DNA of 63,975 nt, counting the filler, from Salisapilia sapeloensis CBS 127946 (taxonomy: Eukaryota > Protista > Oomycota): assembly GCA_023334545.1 (NCBI GenBank). It is 10 parts of 10 records of this genome, joined end to end, with 100 filler letters (N's around TTAATTAATTAA, not from the genome) between each part and the next. Parts side by side here need not be neighbours in the genome. Positions count along the whole stretch, not along the records: positions 1 to 11,574 come from JAADVB010000429.1; positions 11,675 to 24,479 come from JAADVB010000405.1; 8 more parts are not named here. One strand, given 5' to 3'. Below, in pieces: positions 1 through 12,304 of this stretch. The position numbers were made by a program, and so were the translations under genes. Within the stretch, counting starts at the first letter, position 1. Each line of letters begins with the position of its first letter. Under the pieces are notes generated by a model. It worked only from the letters and a program-made list of their open reading frames with translations, had not been told where the DNA came from and did no database searches.

Positions 1-1311
1 ACCAGAGTATGCCGACAACGAGGTAGCGATCTTGAGTCAACCACCAAAACCTTTGTTTTTCAAGATTCCAATTTTAGCATCTATGGATAGAACGCACTCC
101 AAAGTGCCTAATAAGATGGTTTAGAGTCTCTACATGTCATCCCTTGCCTCATGAGAGCTCACTGGAAGATCTATCCGTACTTTCAAGTATCTTCACTTGA
201 AGTTTGTAGGAACACACCTCAAGCTTGAACGCGAAAGATCATAGCATCGGAAGTGGAAGCTCACGAATAGATTGACGACAGAGCGAGTACGTATAGCGTG
301 CTTTTGACACCCTTGGAGAAATATAAAAGAGCTCATTTATGCTATCTACTTGTTGACGACTCCAGATCAGTCTCGCAATGTCCGTTTCGTCTCGAAGGAA
401 ACAGTGTTGGATGACCAGACCTCGCATATGACTGCATTCGTATCGCCCACGCAACGTGAAGACGGGCTGAAGGTTTCTATTTCTTGTATTGGTCTCCATT
501 TAATAACAAAACCATCGGTGATGCTCAAGACGACAATTCCTCCGTCTCTATAAATGCCCGCTCTAGCTTTTCATCGACCGCGAAAGTCAAGGTGATCTGG
601 GATTGCGTCTCACGCTCGTATACGACATCGAGCTACTTTGTAATTACTTTGTCAGTCCTGTATGTACGGAAGACATCGATTGCGAAGGTGTCGCTCCAAC
701 ATGCTTCTACCTGTATCCCAGTATCGATAGCAAGGCTACTCAAAGATTCATTTCATTTTTATCAAGAAAAAGGATGAATAATCAAATCAATAAATTTGTA
801 GATAGACCTTCAGACTCATATTTGAAATAGCTCTGATCGTAAATTCGACCAGGAAACTGAGGTTCAGCTGAGGGAAGGAAATAATGAATACGTTAATTTA
901 TCTAAATCCATCATTCTGTTTATTTAGTGTTGCATAGCTCCGCAAGCAGTAGACTCTCGGATTTACTTTGGAAAGAGGATAAGATAGCTACACTAAAGGT
1001 AGTCGATCAAGACACAAATATATCCAGACGATGAGAAACTTATAGGCACTGAAGTACTATACGTACACACCATCTAGGTACTTCCTACGCAGAATGTTAA
1101 AGTAAAATGCCCCAACTACCGACAATACTCGAGCAAAAAGACCACTTCAAGTTACCATCAGCCTTCCATACATTATCCAAGTCAATTCCTAAATACAATA
1201 ACCGAGTTCCATCCTCGCCAATGAATCTCTTCCATTTCCCATTTCTCTATACTTTATTCAAGTGTTTTTTAAGGACAAACCACTTGTACCGAGATACTCG
1301 ACTACTATATC

Positions 1312-2620
1312 ATGACTGCCAAGCGTATCGTCCTCCACTTCGACCTCAACCGCACGGTCCTTATGTCCGATGCTGCTGGTGGCCGCACGATGGAGAACAC
1401 GGTCAACTATCTCCTTTCTGAATGCACGTGGGGCTACATCCATCCGCAGGACACGTCCAAGGTATGCTCCAATCTATCTAATCTTTATTCCAATACCCTC
1501 ACACATCAGCAGTGGGTCTGCGTTTCAGAAGAGTCCTCCATTACTCCTCCCAAGGCTCCTGTCGTGGACATCAATGGGCAATCGCACGAGCCTCATTTGA
1601 TCACGTACAAGCAGTTCGTGGACGACCGACTGCCATACAAGAGCCTTAAGGACGCAGATGCAAGTGCTGCTAGCGACATCAAAGCCTTTAACAAGTAAAT
1701 ATGTATAGGATAGAAATACATGAGATCTATATACTCACTAGTAGACGTATAGGTCGGCGAAAAAGGAGCGTACAGCTCTCCAGTCGGCATTCACAGGCAC
1801 GGACGGTCCTGGACAGCAAGTCGTTCGTTCATTCGACGAAGTCATGGATAAACTCCATTTCCCAGAAGGTACTCAACGTGACTCAGCCAAGGAACTCGCT
1901 GCTTCGTTGCCGAAGTCGAAACTCCAGGAAGCATGGAGCCAAGGCCGCTACTACCTCCTTCCTTCGTTCCTTCATTTCCTCTTCTACTTGTCTCAAACGC
2001 CAGATGATATCGACGTCAAGCTAGTCTTTCGAACGTTTGGAGATGACCTGGTAGACGTTGGTAAAGAACTAGAACTCTTAGTAAGTGGTAAGCACCCCCA
2101 CTGTCCTGATGAACGTCTCCCAGCTCACTTCCAACTGGACACGACGTCCGCTGCGTGCGTTGGGACGTTCCATCGTCACGGCTACGACAGCCACGGGACG
2201 CAGTTGGCACTTGGTACGCTCGAAAAAGCACCTGCCGACACGACAGACGTGTCTTCGTTCTACTCGAGCGACGTACAAGTCGTGAATGGGTATCAGGAGA
2301 TCTATGACAAGCTCGAGACGTTACTTGATGGTCATAAGACACTAGCTCTACGTGACTATTGGGAGTGGTGGAGTGCTCATGCAGAAGGTAGTGCCTATGG
2401 AAAGCTATTACTAGTAGATCCTTCCTCGAAAGACCTGACGGTCTTCTTTGATGATCATGTCGAAGCACATGATGCACATATCGTTGACGTACGTGACGTA
2501 CGTACTGGTGCTTCCATCCCATTCGAAGAGAGTAAAGACAAGTACCTGGAACGTGTCGAACCTTTTGCTGCGATTACCGATCGAAACTACTTTATCAACA
2601 AGATGAAGCAATTGGAATAG
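1312..2620 (+). CDS. Conserved hypothetical protein with HAD-like motifs; join(1312..1461,1513..1694,1753..2620)
   Basis: ORFs 1312..1698 and 1844..2620 join in frame through GT-AG introns 1462..1512 and 1695..1752. N-terminal IVLHFDLNRT resembles HAD motif I; C-terminal TVFFDDH resembles motif IV. Confidence 0.7.
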
Positions 2621-2658
2621 AAAAGAGGTCGAGACAAGGTCTTTCTTTCTTTCTTTCT

Positions 2659-3624
2659 TTATTCGACTTTACGTGGCTTTCGACCTGGACGTTTCCGGGG
2701 TCGACCTGCCTTTGTTAGTTTCTCTTCTGCTTTCGTATGCTCATCACTCTCATGCTTTGCCTGACGGTCGCGCGTTGACTGACGAGTACTTGCGCGAGAT
2801 GGACGTCTAGACCGAGTACGTGTCGCAGGCGCTTCCTCTTCCTCCGTACTATTCGTTCGAGCTCGTTTTCGCGTCTTGATCGTCTCGGGCGTAGAGTCAC
2901 CAGGGCTTTCGCGTTGGCGCAGACGGGAGGAGACGTTAGGAGACGCTGGATCGTCTGGCGGATGAGCGTTTGAAGGTGATAAGTTGGCTTCTTTCGTGGC
3001 ACATGCACGATGGAGGGTTTCTGTGAGTTGCCTAGCGAAGGTCTGGAGCTCAAGGCCTTTCTGACGTAGCTCAGATTGCTCCGAGTGCGTGATGACGCCT
3101 TGGCAGAAGGAGTAGATGAGCTTGGCGAAGACTTGCCAATCGACTAGCTTTCCCTCTTTCACGTCGGATTCGATAGAATGGAGACTTTGGAGATCAGGTG
3201 TATCGGAGAAACGTGTCGGGTCGACGCCTTTAGACTGTGCAACCTGCACGATCTTGGACATGACGTCGAGCATCATGCTTTGGCGTAGTGTCTTGACGCG
3301 ATCGGATAAGATCGAGTCTTGTCCTTCGTTATCTGTTTTAATATCAACGACAGGTTCTTGTGGATTAGCTTGTGGATCGATGGAGGGAGGGCTCTTGTCT
3401 GTATGAGGCTGACGGAGGGATTGCAATCGCTTAGCAAGCAGCTGGAGATGGCTGGGCACAGGAGGTACTTGGATGTGATCTAGCAAGGAAGCAAATTGGG
3501 AAGGAGGCAACCCAGGTGTCTCTGCTAGGTCGAGTATGTCAGAGTCCTTATTACCGGCCTGTAGCTCCTTGATCTCGTCCTGAACGAAGGCGATGGCGGC
3601 GTCGAGCTGTGCCGCGAGCTGCAT
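2659..3624 (-). CDS. Putative chromatin protein (BRD8-like segment, degenerate bromodomain-like region, C-terminal GRPRK AT-hook-like/basic tail); start uncertain
   Basis: Long ORF taken from MQLAAQ (ATG 3624). ELQAGNKDSDILDL recalls a BRD8 N-terminal segment; PDLQSL..IESDVKEGKLVDWQVFAKLIYSFC is a bromodomain-like helix pattern; ends GRPRKRPGRKPRKVE. A 47-bp intron 3625..3671 could link an upstream exon. Confidence 0.55.
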   Translation of the reverse strand: MQLAAQLDAAIAFVQDEIKELQAGNKDSDILDLAETPGLPPSQFASLLDHIQVPPVPSHLQLLAKRLQSLRQPHTDKSPPSIDPQANPQEPVVDIKTDNEGQDSILSDRVKTLRQSMMLDVMSKIVQVAQSKGVDPTRFSDTPDLQSLHSIESDVKEGKLVDWQVFAKLIYSFCQGVITHSEQSELRQKGLELQTFARQLTETLHRACATKEANLSPSNAHPPDDPASPNVSSRLRQRESPGDSTPETIKTRKRARTNSTEEEEAPATRTRSRRPSRASTRQSTRDRQAKHESDEHTKAEEKLTKAGRPRKRPGRKPRKVE

Positions 3625-4033
3625 CTGATTATAGTGGTGGATTGTCTTGTATGACAAGTGATATGCGGTACTTGTTGCGGTCCAAGACACACGACTGCAA
3701 GGAGCGCGAGGTGTGGGTGATACGAGTGGAAATACGGTCGTGGAGGAGATACCCGATGGAGGGGGAAACAAGACAAGATACTTGTGTCGTGTAGGAGGAA
3801 AGTGGGTGCCGAAGAAGACACAAGGGTAGATGGAGGGTCCTGGAGAACGGACCGGCACTTTTTTCGATGCGATATAGAAATTTATCCAATGAAAAGATGG
3901 TAGAATGCTTTTCCACCAATCGTGCGTTTCAGAATGGTTCATTATTTTACTATTTTTACTTGGTGGTCTATTTAAATGGTGCTACAATAAGACGACATGA
4001 CGATCCTCCTGACTTGGGCAGACTCGGATCGCG

Positions 4034-5312
4034 ATGGGACTATGGACCCACCTCCGCGTCGCTGCTAAGCGCACGGCATTTACTCAACAGGTCTTTCCAA
4101 ACCATGCTTTCAAGTATTCGACCGTCACTCGGTCGATGCAAGAAGCATTCAGTGAAACGTCTTTGAAAACGCCTCTGTCGGTGCGTAATACCGCCCAAGA
4201 CGATGGTCGACTCGCACTGGAGCTCCCTCTTCCTGGTATCGAAGGCCTCAGTTCCATCAGCCTCTCGAATGATGCAGATACTGTCCAAGAACTCATTCAG
4301 GCCCTTGAAAAACGTGACGAATCGCTCAAATCAATCGACGTGACCACGACGTCCGGGACGAAGATCGCTCGCAGCGTTCATATCCATGAGCTTACGGCCA
4401 TGAACTTTGTCTTACGTCTCAATCACTTTAATGTACTCGTCGAGAATGGTACGCGCATGCTCATTCGCACGAATTACCGACGTTTTAATGTAAAAGTAGA
4501 GCAAGGACATGATTACGTTCGTACTCGAGCGGAAGGCAATGCGTTTGCTGCCATTAAGCACAAGATCGAGAGCTACCCGCATCCTCATGTACGTCTCTCT
4601 ATCGCTTCTAGCTATATGCATACTTATGTAGTTGTAGCTGTCGGTACAAGAGTACTACAAGATGTGTCTCCATGCTGGTGCAGAACAAACGGTCGCGGAC
4701 AAATGGCTACGTGAATTACAACGTCGTAATCTTCTCCTTCACTTTGACCGGAGTCCGAATGAAGAGCTCCAGTCGACGTTGATCCTGCGTCCGTACAGTG
4801 ACGAAAGCTTACAGACGCTTCGAAAGGCCATGGACTCGGAGCTGTACGACATCCAGCTCCAGCGCAAGCGCAAGGAGACGCAATTACATGAGTTAAAACT
4901 CAACTTGAAGAAGGCAGTGGCAGTTGATGAAGATTTACGTCGAGCAGCTTTGCGGCTGCCGAATGCCGGGAAATGGGTGTCAGGAATAGCTGTTACATCT
5001 ATCTACGGATCTCTCATGTATCTCGTCTGGGACGTGTATTCATGGGATGTGATGGAACCTGTAACGTACTTCATCGGCTTCACGGGTGTCATCGGGAATG
5101 CCGTGTATCATACGATGACCAAGAAGGATCCGACGTATACGAATATGTGGCAAAAGAACTTTCGCGTGCGCTTGGATAAACTCCGGAAGGAGCACAAGTT
5201 CGCGCCGGAAAAGCTCGAAGAATTGCAGACACAAATGGAACGTGTGGAACAGGACTTGGAGATCTTGTACCAATGGGAAGGGGAGTCCAGGAGTAGCATG
5301 ACACCGAGTTAA
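4034..5312 (+). CDS. MCU: Mitochondrial calcium uniporter; join(4034..4448,4500..4588,4638..5312)
   Basis: Presequence-like N-terminus, coiled coil, two hydrophobic helices flanking WDVMEPVTYF (WDxxEP pore motif); GT-AG introns 4449..4499 and 4589..4637 restore frame. Confidence 0.9.
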
Positions 5313-5654
5313 TGTGACTTGCAAGAAATACATTGGACTGAATGGAGATGGAGAATGGATGTATCAAGCGTTATACATCTACAACTTGTTTCTCTAGTAC
5401 AGTATCCATTCTATCGACGATTTTCTATCATGTGGTATATATCTCGTAACTAGTACTTGTTCTCCTGCATCAATATGTTACTCCGCTTCGGAAGTAGAAG
5501 ATCATGAGCGAGTACTTGTCTAGTTGAGACTTTTGACTTGAAGTTTGTATACTCTTCGCCAGTTGTTGAAAACGCGCGAAACCAAAAAGCGGGAAGCGAC
5601 GAGAGATTGCCTTTCCTTGCTTTTTCGTGCGGGACGTAGGTAGAGCTAGTGAAC

Positions 5655-7276
5655 ATGAAAAGTGAAAAGACGGGTAGGATGGTAGAGAAGACGACTTTGC
5701 AGGCGCTTAATACGCGCCTCGAGCAGTACATGCAGCGCGTGAATGAAATGCGGGATGCGAAACTCTTGGCGGAGCGCGAGGTGGATAGCGTTCGTCGGAA
5801 TCTGCAAGAAGAAGCGAAAGTGAACCGTGAGAAACTCGAACGGGATCTCGAAATCGCACAAGGGTATACCTAAATATATATCGATAGTATTCACTTTCCA
5901 TTTACATTGGTACTAGGCAAGTGGAGAAGGAAGTGGAGGAGAAGACGCGGTTGCAACTTCTAGAGCAGCAGTTGGATGCCGAGTTGAAAACGCTTCGACC
6001 GCGCGTGGAAGAGCTGGAGGAATTGCAAAAGCAGTATGACGAGTTACAGGCTGCATATCGTCGGCAGAAGAACGATAAGGACGCTACGAATGATGCGTTA
6101 GTCGATACGCAACATCGGCTTGATGCTGCGTGGGAACGTGTGCAAGAAGTTGAGAAAGCGAATCGCTCATTACACTTTGAACTCGAGTCGAAAAAGAGTG
6201 AAATCGAGCAACTACGACAGCAGGTGCAGGATCCACCTAGTTCTCGCAAATCCGATTTATCCTCGATTCGACATGAAATGGAAGAAAAGTATGAAAAGTT
6301 ACGAGAACAGCTAAAGAAAGAAGCAGAGGATCGCCAACGAGGATTGCAACAAGAGTCGCAGACACTTGCACAAGCTCAGATCGATGCATATGAAGACCAA
6401 GTGAACGATCTAAGGCAAGAGCTCGAGTCGACGAAGCAAGATCTAGATCAAACGTCAGAAGAGTATCAAAGTGCTCAGCGCGAAAGACAGCAAGCGACTG
6501 AAAAGTTAGCTCAAGTAGAGCAAAAGCTGGAGGAAGAAAGGAGTCGCTTTGCCGCTGAACGACGTCGTCAGTCGGAGCAGAATCAAAAGTTGAGAGAAGC
6601 GAATTTGAATCTCACGAGAGAACTTAATAGCCGGATGACTCCCATGGGTTTAAGTGCCGAACTGAAAGCGTATACGCAGATCCTTAGTCGTCAGGAAGAA
6701 TCTGACGGTCTCCCGACGCCCGACACGACGCCAACCCACAAGAACGCTCGGAAGCGGAAGCAAAATCAAGTGGACGTCCCGACGACGAAGAGGTTGAAGC
6801 GCGCGACGGCGAACGTCAAACTCGTGTCGATGGATTTAGATAGCGATATGTTTGTGATGGAGAATGAGGGCGAGGAGGAAGTTAGTTTAAGTGGATGGCA
6901 GGTACGTGCGATGTTCAACGATCGCAAGTTTACATTTCCATCAGGTCATGCGATGGCCCCGAAAGCACTGCTGACAGTCGCATCGAATGTCCGGAACGAC
7001 GTGAAACGGAGTGAGCTTCCAGAGCATCCATGTTGTGTTGCGAAGAAGTTTTCGATGGACCAGAAAGGCGAGTTCCTGGTACTCGTAACGAGCGACGGAA
7101 CGCCAGTGAGCTGGAAGTCGGACGGTCTGCCGCAATCGGAAGTCAGGTCGATGCTACGACAGCTCAAGAGCGAGATGCAAGCGTCTTCGTCGGAAGAAGA
7201 TAATAATGTAAGATACTTTGATAGTAGATTTTATAAAGGAGTACTAACTGGATGGATCTAGTGCGGATTGATGTAG
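5655..7276 (+). CDS. Lamin-like nuclear intermediate filament protein; join(5655..5863,5917..7207,7262..7276)
   Basis: Coil-1A-like EKTTLQALNTRLEQYMQRV, rod-end-like LSAELKAYTQILSRQEE, basic NLS (RKRK..KRLKR), lamin-tail-like domain (VMENEGEEEVSLSGWQV..KFTFP), terminal exon encoding CGLM* (CaaX). Confidence 0.85.
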
Positions 7277-7346
7277 GAGATTGGATAAAATGGATGTTTA
7301 TTTTTGCTCCTTTGTGTACTTGCCTCCATCCATTTACGACATGTTC

Positions 7347-7789
7347 TTAGGCTTTACGAGCTTCTGGTACTTGGAGCTGGACATTGTACGTATGCTCAGC
7401 CATCATCTGCAGGACAGATCCTTTATTCGCTTCAAATTGATCTCTATAGACGATATGAATAGATTGTTTAGTGGGGGTAGATAAGTAGACGAATACTTCA
7501 TTTTCTGAATGTCACGTTGGGTCTCTTCTTCCATGTATGAAGCGTCGTCTCCGATTAACTATCAGATTGTTAGTGTATGGAGGTAGAGAGGGAGGTAGAT
7601 GCTCACGTCTGTGTTGGCGTTCATCTGGAATTGCTGTTCTTGTTGTTGACGATAAGCGCTGATCTCGGCTTCAGCTTCGCTCTTTGCCTGCTTGAGACGC
7701 TCCCCACGCTCTTGACGAGCGTCACTGATGATCTTGGAGGCCTTGGACTCGGCCGCCATGAGCTCCTTGATGCTCTGGTTCGCTGCCAT
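7347..7789 (-). CDS. ATP6V1G: V-type ATPase subunit G; exons 7607..7789, 7497..7558, 7347..7443
   Basis: SIKELMAAESKASKIISDARQERGERLKQAKSEAEAEI signature; GT-AG introns of 48 and 53 bp give a 113-aa protein. Confidence 0.9.
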
Positions 7790-8176
7790 TTTCACTCGGA
7801 TCTTGTGTGTTTCTCGGTGGCACTTTATGGGTTTAGTTGGAAGGTGAAAGAGGGAAAGCGGTCGAGTACAAAGGTGGGATGGAAATAGAGTTGAGTAGAC
7901 AAAAGTGGCTTAAAAAGATTTGATATGCATTGGGATGGTTGATGCTGTTGAGGGTGCTGTGGTTTTACATGTAGCTTTGTGTAGGAGGATCCGACGGGAT
8001 GGAATAGATGACTGGAAAGAGTATGAAGAAGTATGAAAACTTGCTAAGAGCAAGTGCCCTTAGATTGCACCAAGAAATTAGTCTCATGATAAAACTTTAA
8101 TAAAGGGTTATGCTGTTAATGCGTGCACATAGTTCTCATCCAACTGTGCAATTCAAGCATCATGTTTCTTTTCCTT

Positions 8177-9704
8177 TCATTCTACACTGGTCGGATCATC
8201 CTGTCGGAGTAGCTGCTCAGTCATCTTCAGCCAAGGCAGCTGCCGCCCACGCTCGTGATCGTACAATCCAAGTTCCGATATACTACCCCTCCATATGTTT
8301 GCAATCATAGTATCCAATATATCTTCGCCATCCCGTCCACTTTGTGCGGAAGCTTTAGCGTCTGAGGATCTCTTTCTAGACTATAGCATATGGTTCTTGT
8401 CATTTATTGCTGTGAACTGGGCTAAGGCAAACAATGAGCCCTCAGTCGACGGACTATGTTGATCTGCGTCAAACTTGTAGACTTCACCAGCACAACATTC
8501 TTTGCCTATTAAATCACTCGGACCTTCCGTCAACTGAGAGATCCTTGACGGCTCAACGACAGTAGATCCACTACCTTTTTATATCTCCCAGCTAGGATTT
8601 CCTGTCGAGCAACTTTATAGTAATTGATTTGGCTGGTGACTGTGTCGCAAGCGGGGCAGAGGCGAACCGTTTTGGTCATTAGCTTTAATCGGGAAATAAC
8701 ATCCTTTAATTCCATCTATAAAGCGCATTACCGACAAATTTGTTAGTCACACAATGTGCACGGGTAGGCTTTGCGTAAGGGACCAAATTGTTTCTTGTAG
8801 GCCTGACAATTCGACTTGCTTTCAACTCCGCTGGTGCCAATAAGGCCCATGACATCTTTCTTGTTAACATCTTTTCTCTGAAGAAGCCATGAAAGTTTTT
8901 TCAGTTTTGCACAATGTACGGATGCCCAAGTATACATGAGGGTAGTAGCCAAGTTGACTATACCGATGGAGTCGAGGAAATTGTTCCCGAATAATTCATA
9001 ATATCCGTTGACGAACACTTCAACCGATTGATCCGCAATGGGCTTGAACAGGACACAAGATGAGAACTGGGTACGTACGATCCCTTGACTGTCTAGTGTA
9101 GCAATCGATAATAAGTCGACGGAATGCATAAGATTGTATTCAGTGCGCTCGTCTTTATCGAATCGGAGGATTCCTGTTGCTCGAAAGTAAGCACAATCAC
9201 GGTCCTTGACAACTTGTCGGAGTGCTGGACTTGGAGTACCCGAATGCCATTGGAGAACAGTACAACGATACGGATACTCTAGAGTTGGATCTCAATCGTC
9301 GTTAGAATTTGGCAATTGTTCACTGGTGATTCCAACTGGCTTATACCTTGCAAGATAGCTGCCTCGTCACCGTACGCGAGGTCACATAAGATGTGATCAA
9401 TATTTTTGGAGATGATCCAGTTGCCGACGATGATTCGAGGCATCTGCCAGCCAGCACTATCGACATATGAGTCTTTCGCTACACGCCGAGATGGGTTCCG
9501 TTCACGATACATGGTAACGTTATTGGCTGACTTAAAAGCTTTCCAACGCTTCTTGCCCATTTCCCGAGGTATCGATTGATCAAATTTTTGATTATGTCGT
9601 AGTGCCTCGTGAACTAGTATCATCGCAGTGCGCTTGCAGTCCGCCTTCTTCGGTTCCGAAAGCAAGAAGCTTTCACACGCATTTGCTATCCAGTGTGTCG
9701 TCAT
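8177..9704 (-). pseudogene. START-like + FYVE-like zinc-finger family pseudogene, copy 1
   Basis: Fragments 9279..9704, 8743..9129, 8530..8715 and a tail ending QLPWLKMTEQLLR align to copies at 28455..29968 and 42786..43821; frameshift near 9285 and several in-frame stops near 8715-8745. Confidence 0.75.
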
Positions 9705-11574
9705 AGCTTTGACCTTAATGCTAGCTTACGATTTGTGAAACGGCAAGAATATGCAATACCAATCCTTTAAGTGGAGACGATACGGCGCGAGTCACTGCTG
9801 GCGTGCCTTACATATCAACCCTCTGTTGTATTTTATTCGGTGCGTGTTTGCTATGGGAACGTTTTCTCGGGCAAAAAGCAAACGATAGCACACCATGCTA
9901 GCCAATATTTGTACTTATAATCTTCAAGTGCATAGGTTCTGTAACCTACAAGGGAATAAGATCGAGTCCCACCCTCCTAGGGCCTGTAGATAGCGAAAGT
10001 AACGACATTACCAGACTACCTGGGCAATAATCTTGTCTTTTGTATGAGGCGGCCACTAAAATGGCGGGAAGTTAGTGAAGGAAGAGTAAAAGCATGAAGT
10101 TCAATCTAGGTTGCTGGTAACTTGTCACTTTCGGATTATCTAAAAGCAATAAACTTTACGCCTCCGTACGAGTCGAAGTAGTTTGTTGTGAGTCTAGTCT
10201 ATCGCTGATACATCGTAAAGCAGTATAGAAATGGGATCGAAAGCCTCCAATAAGCGCTTTGGTTCATAAGAAAGTGGTGCCAATTTATATTGTATCTAAC
10301 ACCGTACGCCTATATAGAGAAAAATAGAACACTCTTATATGTCGAGGACGGATGAGCATATTGCTTTTCAGTATAATAGTATAAACTGGATTCGTGAAAC
10401 TTTCATTCGTCGGATTGAACAGCAACCTTTCGTGTTTTTGGACAAATGCTACTGGATGGCACGAGTCAGAGTCTAGCTCGCTAGCGCTCTTAATTACGGT
10501 AGGACCACTCATATTTATTTGACTGCTCATCGCAGCGGCCAAAGAGCTGTGGAAGCACGCTTAACACTGGTTTATGATACTGCATCGTGTGCCCTATTTG
10601 ATGCCTACCAAACTTCAATGACTTCTTTGCATACTTTCAAAGTTTGCGTTAAAGACTTTACGCCAATTTTCATGTGCTATTAAAGATTTGTGAGACGGTG
10701 CCATATGCGTAATTTTGCAAAACCAATACAAGAATGATATCACCTGTTAGTTTGTATATACTCATTTACATTTCTGTAATCTTCCTTTCTTACAAAATAT
10801 GACAGCGCTTACTACAAAGCATAAGATGTCTCTCTTGAATATTAAAGATCGATTAAAATGGTCCGCTTTTTGCATATAGTTTAGTTGTTGAGATAGCTTT
10901 CGGTATTATTTCTCTGTTTTGATTAAAGTACTAGAACTTATAAAATCTCGTTCTGACGAGAGAGTTTACATGGCAATACATGTGAGCATTACACTTATGC
11001 TCTATCTGAAGATTGCATTGAAGAATAAATATGCATTTATTAAATTACGAAAAGATATATGAAGCCGGGTGTGGAAAATAATTATCTAGATTGGATGGAT
11101 GTTTGCATTTTCGACTCCATCCATAATGGTACCATTATTTATTAGTGAAGGTTCCCTCAAAGCTACTTGACCCATTCGTACCCATTGCATAAATTTTGAT
11201 ACATAGTTATATAACGTCCTACAGTTTTCCAAGGGTAAAGTTGCGCAAGATGTCAGTTGCAAACTAGTTCTATCTGATGTAGAAAAGATTTTATAGCATT
11301 AGGCTGGCGGCACACTTCCGCTCTGGTAAAACAATTAGGTCGTGTTCGCGCCGAGTACCAATTCGCCAAAATTTGGGATTCACATTTCGCAACTCTATTA
11401 ATGATTATCGACTCGAGCAATTCTGAGCGAACACAGAATTGCCCGATTCGGATTAGCTACATGTTATGGAAATCTAATGCATCACTTTGATATAACTTTC
11501 TCCCACTATATCAAATGCACATGCGAGTGTTCTGTACTGGCAATGAAGATGTGAATTCATATTCTTGGTCTATC

Positions 11575-11674
11575 NNNNNNNNNNNNNNNNNNNNNNNNNN
11601 NNNNNNNNNNNNNNNNNNTTAATTAATTAANNNNNNNNNNNNNNNNNNNNNNNNNNNNNNNNNNNNNNNNNNNN
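11575..11674. other. Artificial contig spacer (44 N + TTAATTAATTAA + 44 N)
   Basis: Same 100-bp structure occurs nine times; the 12-mer gives stops in all six frames. Confidence 0.98.
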
Positions 11675-11933
11675 TGCTGGTATCCATGCTGCCGCTCTCG
11701 TCTACATGCAATCGAGCATGTCATTGCAGGCAAAGATGAAACGGTCAGTGCCTTCGCTACTTAGTAAGAGACAAGCATCCTATTTCAAGACCAAGCTCAG
11801 TTTCCACACACGCTCAACACAGCTCTGAAAAGTATCTTCGTAGGTAATAAGATCGCATGGGCTATGGTAATCTAGCACAAGGACATCAATTTATAGCTGA
11901 ATATACGCTGACACCATTTGCATTGATATCTCC
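11675..11933 (+). repeat. Left arm of a 259-bp inverted repeat pair
   Basis: Reverse complement of 24221..24479 with two mismatches by manual alignment; truncated by the spacer. Confidence 0.95.
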
Positions 11934-12304
11934 TAATAATGAAGAAGTCGGCAATTAGCAGCTAGCATACTGTACACGGGCTTGTCCATTAAAAGCGGGC
12001 TCCCTCCATAGATGTGGAACCTGCCCAGGCCTTAGATCATCACGACAAGCACAATTATTTGAAGATACGGACGATCGTACTAGCATACGTTCTCCGTACA
12101 ACTTCAGAGCTCAACCAGCATGCCACACCTAGAGCGGTCTAGTAAACATGTCGTTTCTACCTCTACGAAGACCTGTCCGCATATACCACCCCCTTCCCCT
12201 TTAGTACCTTAAAGGTTTTATCATTTCTCACAGAGTAGGCAGAAATCTTCAAAACGAATCGGATCCAGTCAAAAAGACATTTGCGCAAGCAAAAAGCGAT
12301 CGAA

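Noticed and set aside
1-1100. Broken minus-strand reading frame around 370-730
   Set aside because: Coding-like but interrupted by stops, with no motif I can assign; a tblastn search would be needed.
11619-11630. Palindromic TTAATTAATTAA recurring nine times, resembling a regulatory or recombination site
   Set aside because: Always centred in exactly 44 N + 44 N; it is a six-frame stop linker added when contigs were concatenated.
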